DNA of 64,000 nucleotides from an uncultured delta proteobacterium. GTDB lineage: Bacteria > Desulfobacterota > Binatia > HRBIN30 > BPIQ01. The notes under the pieces are model-generated. The model saw nothing but the letters and a program-made list of their open reading frames with translations. It did no database searches and had not been told where the DNA came from. Positions within the stretch are counted from its first letter, which is position 1. The number at the start of each line of letters is the position of its first letter. This document shows positions 8,644-17,878 of the stretch, piece after piece. Location: assembly GCA_963761335.1 (NCBI GenBank), contig CAVXGR010000011.1, forward strand, positions 256,001-320,000, in the 5' to 3' direction. The translations under genes were made by a program, and so were the position numbers.

Positions 8644-9852
8644 ATGGACGATCACTCGATCGGGCGGGCGCTCGAGCAGGCCCGCCGCGGCAAGCAGGTC
8701 ATCCTCGTCGACTCCGAGAGCGGCGAGGCGGCCCTGTCGCTGGCCGCGGAGAAGGTCACGCCCACGTCCATCAACTTCATGGCGACCCACGGGCGAGGCC
8801 TCGTCTGCCTGGCACTTCCCCCCGAGCGCATGCGCCAGCTGGGAATCCCTCTGATGGTCCCCGAAGGCTCCATGGGCCGGCGTCCCTTCGGCGCCTCCAT
8901 CGAAGCGCGCCGCGGCGTCACCACCGGCATCTCGGCCGCCGACCGGGCGAAGACCATCCGCGTCACCGTGGCGCCCAAGGCCGGTCCCGACGACATCGTC
9001 ATGCCGGGTCACGTCTTCCCCATCCAGGTGCGCGACGGGGGCGTGCTGGTGCGTTCCGGTCTGCCGGAGGCCGCGGTCGATCTGGCCCGCCTGGCAGGCC
9101 TGCAGCCCGGCGCCGCCATCTGCACCATTCTGCGGGACGACGGCGAGCTGGCGCGCGGCGAAGACGTCACCGCTCTCGCCGGCCGCCTGCACCTGGAGAT
9201 CGTCGCCGTCGCCGATCTGGTGGCCCACAGGCTGCGCCACGAGTCGCTGGTGCGGCGCGTGACCGAGGCCTCGATTCAGTCGGAGTACGGCGGCCGCTTC
9301 CACGCCGTGGTCTACCGCAGCGCCGTCGACCCCCACGAGCACATCGCCCTGGTGAAGGGACGCCTTCGCCCCGGCACCCCCGTCCTGGCGCGCGTGCACT
9401 CCCAGTGCCTCACCGGCGACGTCCTCGGCTCGGGCCGCTGCGACTGCGGCGATCAGCTGCGCTACGCCATGCGCCAGATCGAGCGCGAGAAGCGCGGCGT
9501 CATCGTCTACATGCACCAGGAGGGACGCGGCATCGGGCTCGCCAACAAGCTGCGCGCCTATGCCCTGCAGGACCAGGGGCGCGACACCGTGGAGGCCAAT
9601 CTCGAGCTCGGCTTCAAGGAGGACGAGCGCGACTACGGGCTGGCGGCGCAGATGCTGCGCGATCTCGGGGTGCTCTCGGTTCGCCTGATGACCAACAATC
9701 AACACAAGATCGCCCGCCTGGAGACCTACGGCATCGAGGTGGTCGACCGGGTGCCCATCGAGGTCGAGCCGCACGCCGGCAATCTCCGCTACCTGCAGAC
9801 CAAGAAGGAGAAGATGGGGCACCTGTTCTCGGGTATTCCGCTGCGCAGCTGA
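8644..9852 (+). CDS. ribBA: RibBA fusion: apparently degenerate DHBP synthase domain plus intact GTP cyclohydrolase II
   Basis: GCH-II motifs HSQCLTGD, RCDCG, QEGRGIG and TNN are intact; RibB domain has GVTTGISAADR and PGHVFP but lacks RENEGD and GHTE. Confidence 0.92.
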   Translation: MDDHSIGRALEQARRGKQVILVDSESGEAALSLAAEKVTPTSINFMATHGRGLVCLALPPERMRQLGIPLMVPEGSMGRRPFGASIEARRGVTTGISAADRAKTIRVTVAPKAGPDDIVMPGHVFPIQVRDGGVLVRSGLPEAAVDLARLAGLQPGAAICTILRDDGELARGEDVTALAGRLHLEIVAVADLVAHRLRHESLVRRVTEASIQSEYGGRFHAVVYRSAVDPHEHIALVKGRLRPGTPVLARVHSQCLTGDVLGSGRCDCGDQLRYAMRQIEREKRGVIVYMHQEGRGIGLANKLRAYALQDQGRDTVEANLELGFKEDERDYGLAAQMLRDLGVLSVRLMTNNQHKIARLETYGIEVVDRVPIEVEPHAGNLRYLQTKKEKMGHLFSGIPLRS

Positions 9853-10331
9853 TGATCGAGTTCGAAGGCAAGCTGCAGGCGGCGGGGCTGCGCTTCGGCG
9901 TGATCGCGGCGCGCTTCAACGCCCTGGTGACCGACCGTCTGCTCGAGGGCGCCCTCGCGGCCCTGCGGCAGCACGGGGCGGCGGACGACGACATCGAGGT
10001 GATGCGGGTGCCGGGCTCGTTCGAGATCCCGCTCTTCGCCCGGCTGCTCGCCGAGACCGGGCGCATCGACGCCGTCGTCTGTCTGGGGGCGATCATCAAG
10101 GGAGAGACGCCCCACTACGACTACATCTCGCACGCCACCATCGGCGCTCTCGGCGACATCATGCTGCGATACGACGTCCCCGTGGCCCTCGGCATCCTCA
10201 CCACCGACAACGTCGAGCAGGCGCTCGAGCGCGCCGATGCGGCGCGCGGCAACAAGGGCTTCGAGGCGGCGGCGACCGCCATCGAGATGGCCTCGCTGCG
10301 CCGCGCGGTGGCGGCGCGGTACCGGAAATAG
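9852..10331 (+). CDS. ribH: 6,7-dimethyl-8-ribityllumazine synthase
   Basis: ARFN, VPGSFEIP, IKGETPHY, GNKG motifs; 1-bp overlap with ribBA. Confidence 0.96.
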   Translation: MIEFEGKLQAAGLRFGVIAARFNALVTDRLLEGALAALRQHGAADDDIEVMRVPGSFEIPLFARLLAETGRIDAVVCLGAIIKGETPHYDYISHATIGALGDIMLRYDVPVALGILTTDNVEQALERADAARGNKGFEAAATAIEMASLRRAVAARYRK

Positions 10332-10339
10332 GCGGTCCC

Positions 10340-10804
10340 GTGGGCTACCGCCGCAAAGGGCGCGAGCTGGCGCTGCAGGCGCTCTACCAGCTCGAGGTCA
10401 CCGGAGAGCAATCGCCGGCGACCATCCAGGCGTTCCTCCGCCACTTCGAGGCCGCCGAGCAGGCGACCGCCTTCGCCCAGTCGCTGCTGCTCGGCGTGCT
10501 CGAGCGCCGCGAGGAGATCGATCGCCTGATCGGCGAGGCCTCGCAGCACTGGCGCGTCGAGCGCCTCTCCAAGATCGACCTCAACGTGCTGCGCATGGCC
10601 ACCTACGAGCTGATGGCCACGCCCGAGGTGCCGGTGAACGTGGTCCTCGACGAGGCGATCGAGATTGCCCGGCGCTTCGGCAGCGGCGAGTCGGCGGTGT
10701 TCGTCAACGGCGTGCTCGATGCCATTGCCGAGCGCCTCGGCGCCAAGCAACGCCCGGAGAACGCGGAACGAGATGGAAGAACGGTACCAACCCGAGACGA
10801 TTGA
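10340..10804 (+). CDS. nusB: Transcription antitermination factor NusB
   Basis: RELALQALY, IDLNVLR, FVNGVLD motifs. Confidence 0.96.
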   Translation: MGYRRKGRELALQALYQLEVTGEQSPATIQAFLRHFEAAEQATAFAQSLLLGVLERREEIDRLIGEASQHWRVERLSKIDLNVLRMATYELMATPEVPVNVVLDEAIEIARRFGSGESAVFVNGVLDAIAERLGAKQRPENAERDGRTVPTRDD

Positions 10805-13196
10805 GGCGAAGTGGCAGCGGCGCTGGGAGGAGCGCGGCACCGACCGCGTCGACCTCGACGGCGCCGCGCGCCCCTACTACGCCCTCATGATGTTTCCCTA
10901 CCCCTCGGCGGAAGGGCTCCACGTCGGCCACGCCTTCGCCTTCCCGGGCGTCGACATCCACGCCCGCTTCCGCCGCCTGCAGGGCTACGACGTCTTCGAG
11001 CCGATCGGCTTCGACGCCTTCGGCATCCACTCGGAGAACTACGCGCTGCGCGTCGGCAAGAACCCGAAGCAGCTGATCCCCGAGACCATCGCCAACTTCC
11101 GCCGCCAGCTGCGCCGGCTCGGCTTGATGGTCAGCTGGGACCAGGCTGTCGATACCACCTCCCCGGACTACTACCGCTGGACCCAGTGGATCTTCCTGCA
11201 GCTCTACAAGCACGGGCTGGCGGAGAGAAAGAAGGCGCCGGTCAACTGGTGCCCCGCCTGCAAGACCGTGCTCGCCAACGAGCAGGTGATCGACGGCCGC
11301 TGCGAGCGCCACCCGGACACCCAGGTCGAGCAGCGCCTCACCGAGCAGTGGTTCTTCAAGATCACCCGCTACGCGCCGCGCCTGCTCGACAACCTCTCCT
11401 GGATCGACTGGTCGGAGACCACCAAGCGCGCCCAGGAGAACTGGATCGGCCGCTCCGAAGGCGCCGAGATCGACTTCCCCCTCGCCGCCGACAGCGGCCG
11501 CTCCATCCGTGTCTTCACCACCCGCCCCGACACCGTCTTCGGCGCCACCTACATGGTGCTGGCGCCCGAGCATCCGCTGGTGCAGGAGATCGCCACCGAC
11601 GCGCAGCGCGACGCGGTGCGGGAGTACCAGCAGCGGACGGCGCGCATGGACGTGGTGACGCGGCGCACGGTGAAGGACAAGACCGGCGTCTTCACCGGCG
11701 CCTGCGCCATCAATCCCGCCACCGAGCAGCCGATTCCCATCTGGATCGCCGACTACGTGCTGGTCGAGTACGGCACCGGCGCCATCATGGCGGTGCCGGC
11801 GCACGACGAGCGCGATTTCGAGTTCGCCAGGGTCTTCTCCCTGCCGATCGTGCAGGTGATCTGCCCTGCGGACGGCGAGCTCACCGCGCCGCTGGACGCG
11901 GCCTACGTGCAAGACAGCGACACCGACGTGCTGGTCAACTCCGGGCCGTTCTCCGGCCGTCCGGCGCCGGAGGCGAAGACGGCGATCACGGAATGGCTCG
12001 AGCGGGCCGGGCGCGGCCACGCCCGCGTCGAGTACCGCTTGCACGACTGGTGCATCTCGCGGCAGCGCTACTGGGGACCACCGATCCCGATCATTTACTG
12101 CGCGCGCTGCGGAGCCGTGCCGGTGCCGGAGAGCGATCTGCCGGTGCTGCTTCCGGACATCGACGACTTTCGCCCCGACGAGAGCGGCGTGGCGCCGCTC
12201 GGCCGGGTGCCGTCTTTCCTGCACGCACTCTGCCCTTCCTGCGGTGGTCCGGGCCGGCGCGAGACCGACGTCTCCGACACCTTCCTCGACTCCGCGTGGT
12301 ACTTCCTGCGCTACCCCTCGGCGCACAGCGACGACGTCGCCTTCGATCCCCAGCGCACCCGCAAGTGGCTGCCGGTCGACACCTACATCGGCGGCAACGA
12401 GCACGCCGTCCTGCACCTGATGTACTCGCGCTTTCTCACCATGGCCCTGCACGAGCTCGGCCTGCTGCCCTTCGAGGAGCCGTTCAAGAAGTTCCGCGCC
12501 CACGGGCTGATCATCAAGGACGGCGCCAAGATGTCGAAGTCGCGCGGCAACGTCGTCAATCCCGACCTCTACCTCGACCAGCACGGCGCCGACATCTTCC
12601 GCCTCTACATGATGTTCCTCGGCCCCTACGAGGAGGGGGGCGATTTCCGCGACGAGGGAATCGCCGGCGTGCGCCGCTTCCTCGAGGGCGTGTGGCGGAT
12701 CGTGCGCGACGCGGCACTGGAGGGCAGCGCCGCGGAGGCGCTGCGGCGGGCGACGCACCGGGGCATCAAGAAGGTGACCGAGGACACCGAGGCGCTGCGC
12801 TACAACACCGCCATCGCCGCGCTGATGACCCTCACCAACGAGATTCGCCGTCACGGCCCCGCCGACCGCTGGGCGGCGGAGACACTGGTCGTGCTGCTGG
12901 CACCCTTCGCCCCGCACGTCTGCGAGGAGCTGTGGGAAGGGCTCGGCCACGCCCGCAGCGTCTTCGAGGCACGTTGGCCGGAGTACGACCCGGCGGCGCT
13001 CCTCGAGGACACGGTGGAGATCGCCGTTCAGGTGAACGGCAAGGTGCGCGGCCGCGTCGTCGTGGCGCGCTCGGCGAGCGAGGAGGAGGTGCTCTCCGCG
13101 GCTCTGGGCGAGAGCGGCGTGCAGAGCCACATCGCCGGCAAGCCGCTGCGCCGCAAGGTGGTGGTCCCGGGCAAGCTGGTGAGCCTGGTCGTCTGA
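10773..13196 (+). CDS. leuS: Leucyl-tRNA synthetase
   Basis: FPYPS..LHVGH, WCISRQRYWG, KMSKS, VQVNGK motifs; start at MEERY. Confidence 0.97.
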   Translation: MEERYQPETIEAKWQRRWEERGTDRVDLDGAARPYYALMMFPYPSAEGLHVGHAFAFPGVDIHARFRRLQGYDVFEPIGFDAFGIHSENYALRVGKNPKQLIPETIANFRRQLRRLGLMVSWDQAVDTTSPDYYRWTQWIFLQLYKHGLAERKKAPVNWCPACKTVLANEQVIDGRCERHPDTQVEQRLTEQWFFKITRYAPRLLDNLSWIDWSETTKRAQENWIGRSEGAEIDFPLAADSGRSIRVFTTRPDTVFGATYMVLAPEHPLVQEIATDAQRDAVREYQQRTARMDVVTRRTVKDKTGVFTGACAINPATEQPIPIWIADYVLVEYGTGAIMAVPAHDERDFEFARVFSLPIVQVICPADGELTAPLDAAYVQDSDTDVLVNSGPFSGRPAPEAKTAITEWLERAGRGHARVEYRLHDWCISRQRYWGPPIPIIYCARCGAVPVPESDLPVLLPDIDDFRPDESGVAPLGRVPSFLHALCPSCGGPGRRETDVSDTFLDSAWYFLRYPSAHSDDVAFDPQRTRKWLPVDTYIGGNEHAVLHLMYSRFLTMALHELGLLPFEEPFKKFRAHGLIIKDGAKMSKSRGNVVNPDLYLDQHGADIFRLYMMFLGPYEEGGDFRDEGIAGVRRFLEGVWRIVRDAALEGSAAEALRRATHRGIKKVTEDTEALRYNTAIAALMTLTNEIRRHGPADRWAAETLVVLLAPFAPHVCEELWEGLGHARSVFEARWPEYDPAALLEDTVEIAVQVNGKVRGRVVVARSASEEEVLSAALGESGVQSHIAGKPLRRKVVVPGKLVSLVV

Positions 13197-13795
13197 TGCG
13201 CCTCGCCCCATTTCTCGGCGGCGTGGCGCTCTGCGCGGCGCTGCTCGCCGCCGGCTGCGGCTATCAGCTGAGCGGCTACTCCGAGACCCTGCCCGGCGGC
13301 GTGCGCAGCCTCAGCATCGGGCCGATCGACAACCGCACCCGCACCTTCGGACTGGAGAAGACCCTCGCCTTCGCCCTCGAGCGCGAGGTGGTTCGCCGCG
13401 GCAAGCTGCGGCTGGTGGAAACCCCGGGCAGCGGCGACGCGGTGCTGCGCGGTACCATCCGCGACTTCAACGTCAGCCCGGTATCCTTCGACACCCAGGA
13501 CGAGGCGCTTCAGTACCAGGTGGCGATGGTGGTCGACCTGAGCCTGCGGCGCAACAGCGACGGCGCCACGCTCTGGCAGACCTCCGGTCTGCTCGGCAGC
13601 GAGGAGTACAGCGCCACGGCGCGGGTGGTAGTCACCAGCTCCTCGCAGTTCCAGCGCGACACCACCCTGGAGCCGCGGGATCTGAACCTGTTCACCGACA
13701 CCCAGCTCGCCGAGTCGACCAAGCGGCAGGCGGTGGAGCGTCTGGTGCAGAACCTGGCGCGCGACGCCTACGCGCTGATGTCGGAAGACTTCTGA
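13196..13795 (+). CDS. lptE: LPS-assembly lipoprotein LptE family
   Basis: Lipobox AAGCGY; canonical position directly after leuS. Confidence 0.85.
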   Translation: MRLAPFLGGVALCAALLAAGCGYQLSGYSETLPGGVRSLSIGPIDNRTRTFGLEKTLAFALEREVVRRGKLRLVETPGSGDAVLRGTIRDFNVSPVSFDTQDEALQYQVAMVVDLSLRRNSDGATLWQTSGLLGSEEYSATARVVVTSSSQFQRDTTLEPRDLNLFTDTQLAESTKRQAVERLVQNLARDAYALMSEDF

Positions 13796-13805
13796 GCGAC
13801 GGGCG

Positions 13806-14090
13806 TCAGCCCGCCGCCTCGGCGGCGCCGATCTTGTCGACGTGCCGGCTCAGGCGGGAGATGTAGCGGGAGGCGGTGTTGCGGGCGACGACGCCCTTGC
13901 TGGCCGCCTTGCTGATGATCTTCATCGCCTTGCGCAGCTCCTCGGTGGCGGCGCCCTTGTCGTTGCTGGCGATGGCCTCGCGCACTTTGCGGATCTCGTG
14001 CCGCATCTCGGTGCGAACCGATTGATTGCGGGCGCGCCGCTTCAAGCTCTGGCGATGGCGCTTTACTGCCGACCGATGACGTTGAGCCAA
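13806..14090 (-). CDS. rpsT: 30S ribosomal protein S20
   Basis: SAVKRHRQS.KRRARN, KAASKGV, NTASR motifs; TTG start after AGGAGG. Confidence 0.96.
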   Translation of the reverse strand: MAQRHRSAVKRHRQSLKRRARNQSVRTEMRHEIRKVREAIASNDKGAATEELRKAMKIISKAASKGVVARNTASRYISRLSRHVDKIGAAEAAG

Positions 14091-14113
14091 GATAGTCCTC
14101 CTGAAAGAGAGCA

Positions 14114-14142
14114 GGGTTACCACAGGGGGTTGGATGGGTCAA
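14114..14142 (-). promoter_or_regulatory. Sigma70 promoter of rpsT (TTGACC-N17-TAACCC with extended -10 TG)
   Basis: Read on the minus strand ~24 bp upstream of the start. Confidence 0.55.
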
Positions 14143-14146
14143 CGTC

Positions 14147-14452
14147 CGGTGGCTCGGTGGCTCGGTTCCTCGGTGGCAGGTCGCGCCGCGGAGCGGCGCC
14201 GGCACGGTTCACCCCCTTCAATCCCCGGCTATGCGCCGGCATATGCGGCGTGGGCATGATTCCCGCCCCCGCCGGGACGCGGCGTCACCGTCCCAGCTGA
14301 CGCGGCGGGACGCCGCGTCTACACGGCGGATGGTGCATCACGAGGCGCGTCGACAGCGAGCCAATTCTGAGATAGGGGCGGCGCTCGAACCGAGCCACCG
14401 AGCCACCGAGCCACCGAGCCACCGAGCCACCGAGCCCGATAACCCGATAACC
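14147..14452. repeat. Octamer (ACCGAGCC)n arms in inverted orientation enclosing a GTAG REP-like hairpin (14274-14322)
   Basis: Six exact ACCGAGCC copies at 14389-14436; ~4 reverse copies at 14147-14177. Confidence 0.85.
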
Positions 14453-14457
14453 GTCGT

Positions 14458-16089
14458 ATGAGCGAGAACCGACAGATTGCGCGCGCCGCCGGGCTGGTCG
14501 GCTTCCTGACTCTCTTCAGCCGCATCGCCGGGCTCACCCGCGACGCGGTGATCGGCTACTACTTCGGCAGCGGTATGGCGGCGGATGCCTTCTTCGTCGC
14601 CTTCCGCGTCCCCAACCTGCTGCGCCGCTTCGTGGCCGAGGGGGCGATGTCGGTGGCCTTCATTCCCGTGTTCAGCGAGTATCTGACGCGGCGCACGCGC
14701 CAGGAGGCGCTCGAGGCGGCGCGCGCCGTGGCCACGGGCTTCGCCACCGTGCTCGCCATTCTCACCGCGCTCGGCATCATCTTCGCGCCCCTGTGGACGC
14801 GGCTCTTTGCTCCCGGATTCGTCTCCGAGCCCGGCAAGCTGGAGCTGACGATCAGCCTCACCCGCTGGGTGTTCCCCTACATCTTCTGCGTCAGCCTGGT
14901 GGCGCTGATGAGTGGCATCCTCAACTCGGTGCGGCACTTCGCCGCTCCGGCGCTGTCGCCGGTGATTCTCAACGTCTGCATCATCGCCGCCGCGGTGTTT
15001 CTCACCGATCGCGTCGACCCACCGATCTACGCGGTCGCTTACGGAGTGCTGGCCGGCGGCGTCCTGCAGGTGATCCTGCAGATCCCGCCGCTGGTGTCGC
15101 GCGGCTTCACGTTGTGGCCACGCTGGCAACCGCGGCACGAGGCCAACGTGCGCATCCTGCGTCTCATGGGGCCGATGGTGTTCGGCGCCGCCGTCTACCA
15201 GATCAACCTCATGTTCGACACCATTCTCGCCTCGGTTCTGCCGAACGGCTCGGTGTCGTACCTGTGGTACGCCGGTCGTGTCTTCGAGTTCCCGCTCGGC
15301 ATCGTCGCCGTGGCGCTGGGCACGGCGGCCCTGCCCAGCTTCTCCGCCCAGGCGGCGCGCGGCGCCTACGAGGAGCTGGCAGAGAGCATTCTCTTCTCGA
15401 TGCGGCTCACCAGCTTCATCGCCATCCCCGCCGGCGTCGGCATCGGCCTGCTGGCGCAGCCGATCACCGCGGTGCTCTTCGAGCGCGGCGCCTTCAGCTA
15501 CGCCGAGGCGCAGCTCACCGCGGCGGCGCTGATGGCCTTCGCGGGCGGGCTCTGGTCGGTGTCGATGGTGCGGGTGCTGGTGCCGGCGTTCTACGCCATG
15601 CAGGACACGCGCACTCCGGTAACCACCGCCGCCGCCGCCTTCGTCGCCAACATCGCCTGCAGCCTGATGCTCATGGGGCCGATCGCGGCCAGCGGCGACT
15701 CCGCCGTCGAGTCGGGGATTGCCGCGCTCACCCAGCACCTCGCCGTCGCCGATCTGCGACACGTCGGCCTGGCCGTGGCGACCTCGGTCTCGGCGACGGT
15801 CAACTTCGTGCTCCTCGGCGCGATGCTGCGCCGCCGCGTGCCTTCCCTGCAATTCTCCTCCCTCGTCCCGGCACTGCTCCGCAACATCGCCGCCTCCGGG
15901 GTCATGGCCGCCGTGATCATCGCCGTCGCCGGCACGGTGACCTGGGAGCACGCCTCGTTTCCGCTTCGCGTCATCGGCCTCACCGCCGCCGTCGGCTCCG
16001 GCCTGATCACCTATCTCGGCATCTCCTGGGCCGCCGGCAGCGAAGAGATCGCCTCCGTGCGGCGGGCGATTCTGCGGCGGCGGTCGTAG
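14458..16089 (+). CDS. murJ: Lipid II flippase MurJ
   Basis: SRIAGLTRD, AFRVPNLLRRFVAEGA, EFPLG, FYAMQDTRTP motifs. Confidence 0.96.
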   Translation: MSENRQIARAAGLVGFLTLFSRIAGLTRDAVIGYYFGSGMAADAFFVAFRVPNLLRRFVAEGAMSVAFIPVFSEYLTRRTRQEALEAARAVATGFATVLAILTALGIIFAPLWTRLFAPGFVSEPGKLELTISLTRWVFPYIFCVSLVALMSGILNSVRHFAAPALSPVILNVCIIAAAVFLTDRVDPPIYAVAYGVLAGGVLQVILQIPPLVSRGFTLWPRWQPRHEANVRILRLMGPMVFGAAVYQINLMFDTILASVLPNGSVSYLWYAGRVFEFPLGIVAVALGTAALPSFSAQAARGAYEELAESILFSMRLTSFIAIPAGVGIGLLAQPITAVLFERGAFSYAEAQLTAAALMAFAGGLWSVSMVRVLVPAFYAMQDTRTPVTTAAAAFVANIACSLMLMGPIAASGDSAVESGIAALTQHLAVADLRHVGLAVATSVSATVNFVLLGAMLRRRVPSLQFSSLVPALLRNIAASGVMAAVIIAVAGTVTWEHASFPLRVIGLTAAVGSGLITYLGISWAAGSEEIASVRRAILRRRS

Positions 16090-16096
16090 CTGCACG

Positions 16097-16525
16097 GTGA
16101 GTATCTCGGTGGCTCAGTTTCTCAGTGGCTCGGTGGAGGGTTCTCAGGTTGCGGCGTTTGGCGCGGTCCGATGCACGAGACAAACCCGAGAACCCGCCGA
16201 GCGGATAACCGCCCCACCGAGTCACCGAGATACTGAGACACCCCCCTGTCACGCCCGTTCAATTAGGGAAGACCCTCGGGCCGGGCGTGTGGATGAGACG
16301 GCTTTGCGGCTTGGCGCCTTTGCGTTCCTGCCCAGTCGTGGCACATCCCCTCGGAGCGCGCCTGTTCCTGGGTGCCGAGGGGGAAGAAGTAGGAGAATGT
16401 AAAATGAAAAACCGGTGACCGGTGATGGAGAACCGGCTGACCGGAATCCAGGGTCTCGAAGAGGGTGTATACGGTAACCCGACAACCACCCGCCCACCGA
16501 GAGACCGAGCCACCGAGAAACCGGG
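16097..16525. repeat. Mosaic intergenic repeat region (degenerate octamer arms plus a copy of the ATGTAAAATGAAAAACCGGTGACCGG arm)
   Basis: CTCGGTGG/CACCGAG octamers at 16105-16136, 16216-16240 and 16494-16521; exact ~27-bp match to 4039-4065. Confidence 0.7.
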
Positions 16526-16564
16526 CCGCTTGCGGCCTGCGGCGTTGTCGGTTACCACCCGGCC

Positions 16565-17347
16565 ATGACTGCGGGCGAAGCCTTCGAGGAGCTCACTCGC
16601 CTGATGGCGCGCCTGCGGGCCCCGGGGGGCTGCCCGTGGGACCGCGAGCAGACGCACGAGAGCATCAAGAAGTACCTCATCGAGGAGTGCTACGAGGTCG
16701 TCGAGGCAATCGATCAGAACGACATGGATGAGATGCGCGCCGAGCTCGGCGACCTGCTTCTCCAGGTCGTCTTCCACGCGCAGATGGCGCAGGAGGCCGG
16801 GCAGTTCGACATCGTCGAGGTGTCCCGCGGCATCACCGAAAAAATGCGCCGGCGCCATCCGCACGTCTTCGGCGACGTGCAGGTCAAGGACGCCGGCGAG
16901 GTGCTGCGCAACTGGTCGGCGATCAAGGCGGAGGAGCGCGCCGAGTCGGCGGACCGCTCGGCGCTCGCCGGGGTGCCGCGCGGCATGCCGGCACTGCTGC
17001 GCGCCCAGCGCCTCGGGGAGAAGGCCTCGCACACGGGCTTCGACTGGGAGCGGCCCGAGGAGGCCCTCGACAAGGTGCGCGAGGAGGTCGGGGAGATCGC
17101 CGCGGCACTCGCCGACGGCAAGCGCGCCGCCATCGAGGCAGAGATCGGCGACGCCCTGCTGGCGCTCAGCAGCGTCGCGCGGCTCGCCGGCGTCGACGCT
17201 GAGACCGCCCTCGCCCGCGCCGCTGATCGCTTCGGCGAGCGCTTCCGGCGCCTCGAAGCCTGGTTCGAGAGCCGCGGCCGGCAGATGCGCGAGGCGTCGC
17301 TCGAAGAGCAGGAGGCGGTGTGGCAGCGGGTGAAGGGGGGAGAGTAG
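16565..17347 (+). CDS. mazG: Nucleoside triphosphate pyrophosphohydrolase
   Basis: GCPWDREQT, EECYE, ELGDLL, RRHPHVF motifs. Confidence 0.96.
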   Translation: MTAGEAFEELTRLMARLRAPGGCPWDREQTHESIKKYLIEECYEVVEAIDQNDMDEMRAELGDLLLQVVFHAQMAQEAGQFDIVEVSRGITEKMRRRHPHVFGDVQVKDAGEVLRNWSAIKAEERAESADRSALAGVPRGMPALLRAQRLGEKASHTGFDWERPEEALDKVREEVGEIAAALADGKRAAIEAEIGDALLALSSVARLAGVDAETALARAADRFGERFRRLEAWFESRGRQMREASLEEQEAVWQRVKGGE

Positions 17348-17458
17348 TTATCGGGTTCCTCAGTGTCTCGGTGTCTCGGTTCCTCAGTGTCTCGGTAGCT
17401 CGGTAAAACCCAAGCGCTCGAGAACCCGAAAGCTCGGCAACTCGATGACCCGACGACC
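17347..17458. repeat. Degenerate octamer tandem repeat (CTCGGTGT/CTCAGTGT)
   Basis: About 6 units with 8-bp period after the mazG stop; same family as 14389-14436. Confidence 0.7.
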
Positions 17459-17555
17459 TTGTCGTCCGTCCCCGGGCGGCCAGGCTGGCCGCGCCCCCAT
17501 CTTGCACCTGCCCCAGCCAGCGGTTAGCTTCGGCCGTTGGAGGCAACCCTCGGGG

Positions 17556-17810
17556 ATGGCAAAGGTGATCGTCTACACCACGAACTTCTGCCCATACTGC
17601 ACGCGCGCCAAGAGGCTCCTGGCGAGCAAGGGCGTCGACTACGAGGAGATCGACGTTACCGACCAGGACGAGGTGCGCGCCGAGCTGGTGCGCAACACGG
17701 GGCGGCGCACGGTGCCGCAGATCTTCATCAACGAGGCCTCCATCGGCGGCTTCGAGGAGCTCAAGGAGCTCGACGACCGGGGCGAGCTCGACGTTCTCCT
17801 CGCCGGTTGA
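17556..17810 (+). CDS. grxC: Glutaredoxin 3
   Basis: CPYC, TVPQIFI, GGFEEL motifs. Confidence 0.93.
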   Translation: MAKVIVYTTNFCPYCTRAKRLLASKGVDYEEIDVTDQDEVRAELVRNTGRRTVPQIFINEASIGGFEELKELDDRGELDVLLAG

Positions 17811-17878
17811 GCCGGCCGGGGGCCCCGGGGCTCGAGGCGGCGTTGTGCCCGCCGGAAGGCGATGGTAGACCCGCCCGC

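Noticed and set aside
7102..9852. Apparent giant fusions in the ORF track (916-aa RibBA, 994-aa LptE, 1019-aa MgtC, 805-aa thiolase, 669-aa aminotransferase)
   Set aside because: N-terminal extensions overlap other real genes; true starts are internal, with RBS or stop/start coupling
10704..13211. 835-aa minus-strand ORF and similar long antisense/alternate-frame ORFs (e.g. 2892-4265, 14338-16095, 24214-26379, 53080-57381)
   Set aside because: Shadow ORFs of well-supported genes in high-GC DNA; Arg/Ala/Gly-rich with no motifs
14389..14436. Tandem repeats considered as a CRISPR array
   Set aside because: 8-bp units with no unique spacers, and no cas genes in the window
16565..17347. MazG or RecQ (25057-26547) as anti-phage defence components
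   Set aside because: Both have ordinary housekeeping architecture and no defence-associated neighbours
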